From contig NW_024704742.1 in NCBI RefSeq assembly GCF_018977255.1, forward strand, positions 57,352,001-57,416,000: DNA of 64,000 bases. The letters run 5' to 3'. The notes under the pieces were generated by a model. It was given only the letters and a program-made list of their open reading frames with translations. It ran no database searches and was not told the DNA's origin. The DNA comes from Callorhinchus milii. Taxonomy: Eukaryota. Of this stretch, positions 59,405 to 64,000 are shown piece by piece (the stretch's first letter is position 1; each line of letters begins with the position of its first letter). The translations under genes and the position numbers were made by a program.

Positions 59405-60599
59405 AAAATATTTCTTCAAATGAATTAATTTAATTCTCAACTTCAGACAAAGTATTAAGAACCGGGAAGTGAAAATTGCTCAGTGTTCTTTTTAACAATT
59501 TTCCAAGACTAACAAAGAAAACTAACATTTGTTACTTTATTTATGGTTACAATTAAGTATCACATACTAGATCTAAGCTTTCCACCCTAACAATTGCAAT
59601 GTTTCAGTGAACAGAAAGTCCCAAGATACTTTGCCTTCCAAGTGACAACTTAACTTGAAGAGCAGAAATGTACAAGGTATTCTCAGTATGCTATATACTA
59701 AACTAAGCTTAATTATCCTGAAAACTCTAGCAACTGGTTACATTATTTCAATACCATTGCAGAACCTCTGCAATTATTTCAGATTATTATTTGATTTTTT
59801 TTTAAAGAAAACAATATTCCGTTCCAAGATTAAATTTAAGAACTGAAATTGTAATAAAACTTTTATTAAGCAGGCAATAAATCTTCAAATGGAGGGATTA
59901 ATATCCAGGAATATTGCACGATTTAGCTTCATGCATACAATTGGGATCTCTAGCTGGATTCCTTAATCTTAAGGGTTTCTTTTAAAATGCCGATTACAAC
60001 AGAAAAGAGATTTGCTTGAATGTATATATAAAATATATATATTATGTATAATAATATAAAATATATGTAAAAGTAGTTTACAGACACAATAATGGTCTTC
60101 AGTTCAATAGAAACAGCACAACATGATGTAATCTGTTACCTTCTCAGATGTTACTACCAACTTTATGCTTGAAAGCTATATAACGGCTGAAAATGTTTAT
60201 AAATAACTCCTAATTGTCCCTTCTATTCTGGGTCATGGTTTCAGTTATTAAACCTTGGCAAACAGCAGGGGGGAAGTGAAAATAGTCAGTGGGGTTTTCC
60301 CTTCGGAGCGGCAGGATGCAAATACATTACATTGAGGAAGTTAAAACTGCAACAAAACAGCCAGTAAAACTAAAAAAAATTAGGAATGCATTTACCAATT
60401 TACTTTGCCAAGATAGATCCAGATATTTCTGCTCTCCTCTCATAGAATTTTAGGAAAATCTGGAAAGCTAATGAAGTGAGAGAATTCCAAGGTTTGGAAA
60501 AATACCGAATTCAGTGTCTAGGGGGAGAAATTCCACCCGGGCCTAGATTTATTCCACATTTTGTACCCCCTGAAAAAATCTCTCCACTGCCCTTGAGTT

Positions 60600-61740
60600 G
60601 TCTTCTTCCGGCAATGACCATACCTCCTCACACTCTCCTTCACAACTCCCTCTCTAATATTCTTGACACCCTTGTCCTCATCACCTCCTGTCCCACTTCC
60701 TACTCCCGAATTCCCCTGATACACCAGCCACCTCTGCTCCCTCAAGTCACAGGTTTACGCCTCTGAATGCACTTGGCACAAATCCAATCTAATGATCCAC
60801 CGCAAGATTTGGCTAGACCGCATCAAAACCTAAAGCTCTGCCCTCATTTCAGCCAAATTACCCTTCTACTTCAGGATCATCTGAAAGCCACAAATCAGCT
60901 CCTTCACCTACCTTCCCATACCCTGCACATCTTCTCTTCCAACTTCTAAATGTGAAGAGATGATGGACTTCTTCGGGACCAAATTCGAGAGAATATAGTC
61001 AGCTGCATCTGTCCTCTATTGCCACCCTCTCCCCACTTCCCACTCTGTCCTCCATCCTTCTCTTCCACACTTTTGACCCTGTCTCCCCCTCTTCTCTCTT
61101 CTCCATCATTTCCCAAATGAAGCCCATTACTTGCTTCCCTGACCCCATCCCTACCATCAGGAAACGTCCTGATCTCCCAGTCCCATCTCCTTGCCCTCTT
61201 CCCAGCAGACATCGTCAAACTCTCTTTGTTCATTGGCCCAGGTCCCGTCCCTTTTAAAACAGCTATCATCATCCCCATTCTCAAAAAACTTCACAATATT
61301 TGCAGCTTGAGTCCAGCTCCCGCACCAAGTTCCGTGAGGCTATGATCCTCATGCTTGCCCAGCTCCCCCGGCTCCTCATCCCCCAGAAGATTGAGTTCAA
61401 GATCTTTGTCCTCATTTTTAAAGTCCTCCACGATCTTACTCCACCCTGTCCCTGTGACCTTCTAAAGCCTTACAAATCCACTCGTTTCCTCTCTCAGGAG
61501 GCTCTAGCCTGCTTCATATCCCCCGTACTGCCCGCCCCACCATTGGCAGTTGGGCCATCAGTCTTTCTGCTACCGGTCTCTGGAACTCCATCCTGGACTT
61601 CCTTCGCCTCACCCCTTCCCTCGCCTCTTTGAAGGTTCGTCCCAGATATTCCTCTTTGACCTTCAGTCATCCTCCCACCCCAAGTCCTTTTGGCCCTTAC
61701 CCCTCTTGAATCCATCTCCCAGCTCGGACGCAAACTCTCA
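60600..61740 (+). mobile_element. Degraded, internally deleted L2 LINE
   Basis: CFPDPIP-like motif, IPQKIEFKIFVLIFKVLH, C-rich 3' UTR. Confidence 0.72.
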
Positions 61741-62609
61741 ATTGTCCAAAAAGGCTCAATTGGCTTAATGTCCTTCTAATTCCTGTGTTCCTAGATTTAA
61801 TTTCTTAGGGGGAGATGTTGGCAGGAGACCAGCTGCTTCCCTACAATAAAGAATCTTGTTGAAACACCTCAAAGAGCTTCTCAAGTGACTATAAAACAAT
61901 AATTTCCTAGGAGTGATAAATCTTTGCTTTGATATTGTTCCTGCTGGGATTTATCTCCTCTTGCATTGTGCTGCTCCTGTGATTTATATAACAGGGAAGA
62001 GCTGCCTGTGTCCTGGAATGGCTCCATCTAGTTTAGCAGGAGCAGATGCTTTGGTGCGACTTGGGACTTGAATCAAAATCCCCAGCCCTGGGAAAGTTGA
62101 ATATCTGCAAAGGCCCAAATTTCAGATAACCACAAAATTCATTGAGGGAATAGTTAAAAATACATTCTTTACATAGAGGGAAGCTGGAATATGTCATTCT
62201 TTGCCACAAACCATAGTTGTCACAGAGCCCATACATTATTTTAAAAGCAGATTAAGTAGATGTCTGAAGAGGTGGAATGCTAAAGGATATGGGTGGGATT
62301 ATATTGGTTTACCTGAAGGAAAACACCAGTGCAGGTTAGATGGAGCAAACAACCTGTTTCTGTGCTGTAACTTTCTATGATTCTATAGCAGTGACCCCAA
62401 TATACTCAAATGAGCGGTTCTGGCCATGAAGCAGTGAAGTGCAGCAGAAGACAGGATCCAAATACAATATTAAACAAAGAGTTCTTTTTCGTCTATATCT
62501 AGTGGGAGCCATTTGAACAGTTAATAAAATCTCGGATTTAATTCTTTGTTAAGATTCTTTATAGTTTTCTTTATAGTTTGTTATCTTTACACGTAGGATC
62601 AGATATATC

Positions 62610-62900
62610 TCAAGCCCTGAATCCCTCCGCCTTGCCCTCTCCTTCACCACTTTCAAATCCAGCCTAAAGACCTTCCTTTTTGATCATGCTTACGGCCAAG
62701 TCCCATTTCCCTCACCCCCTGGCTTGGCGGCAGACTCTACCACTGTCAAGCGCTCCGGGACACTACTCTGTGTAAAGGACGCTATATAAATTCAAGTTGT
62801 GTTGTTACCTTGGTGGTACCCCAACCAAGTTGATGCGAAGTTTCACGTCCTCCTGACGTGAAAGATGCTATAAAAATGCAATTTGTTGTTGTTGTTGTTT
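62610..62900 (+). mobile_element. L2 3' ends (two tails)
   Basis: gctatataaattcaagttg and gtcctcctgacgtgaaagatgctat...(TTG)n. Confidence 0.7.
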
Positions 62901-64000
62901 AGGGTGCATGGGCAATGCACATACATAATTTTAGCTGATCCATAGGAGTTAATTTCTGTGAAAATGTAGGAACTAAAATCAAGCAAATTAATTCAGCTGT
63001 TGCTGATTTAACGAAGATTGATTTCTGCAATATAATTGGAGCCTACTTGGTAGAACATTTCCAATGATGTGGCTTAACTATTTCTCCCTTATGACGCACA
63101 TTTCTGTTTGCACACTGGCCATCTGTAGTTGATTTAAACATTTTGCAGTCGTGTGACAATCTGTGAATGAAGTGCAAGTAAGCCAGATACTTCTCAATGT
63201 AATTTAAATTTATTTTGCACCTATTAAGTTGGGAGGATGTCTCAAAGTACTTGTTACCCATCTCACTGAGAATTTAAATAATGTTATGTGATAATAAGAA
63301 GATAAAGCAGACAGTGAAAGGTAACTGCCCAACAATCAAAACAATGCACTATATACTGAAAGCTCCAGCATCATGAACATTACCAATGAAAGGGTGCATC
63401 AGGCTAAAAGATGGCTTAACAATATGCAGCTGACCACATATAAAATATAAACAAGTTGCTACAGAAACCGTGCAGAGCATTGTGTCAATGTTTATATTAA
63501 GGCATTGCTGGGCACAAAGAGAATGGACTATGGCCTTAAACTGTAACTAAATACTTTAAATATTCATGGTAGCATGAGTATCTAGTACAATAAACAACTG
63601 TAAATGTTTGCACACACTGCACACATAGTGTGTCATTTCCAAATACTCAATCAGTAAATTGTATGTGAAGGTGAACTTTAGACTTTAATTTCAGCAATGT
63701 CTGTACATACCTGGCTGTCCACCATATTTATACTGGTGTTTTGGGCAACATGCTGAAGAACAGACAACAAGACCAAGATTTTTCTTCAGTCAGCCATGTG
63801 TCTGATGCACGTGGTAACCCATCACCATACCTAAGAGTCTCCAAACCAGATTGAGAGTTCCACATATGTATGCCAACTACAAAGAGGCAAATTTCTCTTA
63901 TCTGGAATGGAATGTGCACCCTACCTGAAGGTGCCCACCTTGCTTACCTAAGTCCAGAGTATTAGGTGCAGGTTGGTGAGATCCAACGTTTTGGGACCCC

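Noticed and set aside
63711..63901. Minus-strand exon with strong CAG|GTATGT donor
   Set aside because: Stops in all three frames and no recognisable product; a non-coding exon cannot be supported from sequence alone.

Overview
Vertebrate genomic DNA, inferred from its SINE, L2 and CR1 content to be a cartilaginous fish (probably a chimaera such as Callorhinchus). It holds one complete gene, IRF2, on the + strand: a CpG-island promoter and putative non-coding exon 1 at about 13.3-13.6 kb, a ~24.5-kb intron 1, 8 coding exons (38176-50817, 1065 nt, 354 aa) and a 3' UTR to about 51.6 kb. Bases 1-13320 are a 37-bp GC-rich minisatellite (~350 units, higher-order structure, one SINE insertion, one 25-N gap) that ends a few bases before the promoter's IRF/STAT sites. 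All long minus-strand ORFs there are repeat artefacts. The rest is tRNA-derived and Deu-domain SINEs, L2 and CR1 LINE fragments, and a palindromic Penelope-type element with a hammerhead-ribozyme core at ~54.1 kb. I found no convincing new multi-gene system. The best leads are the satellite-promoter junction, the hammerhead palindrome, a tandem acceptor at exon 7 and direct repeats around exons 5 and 6.
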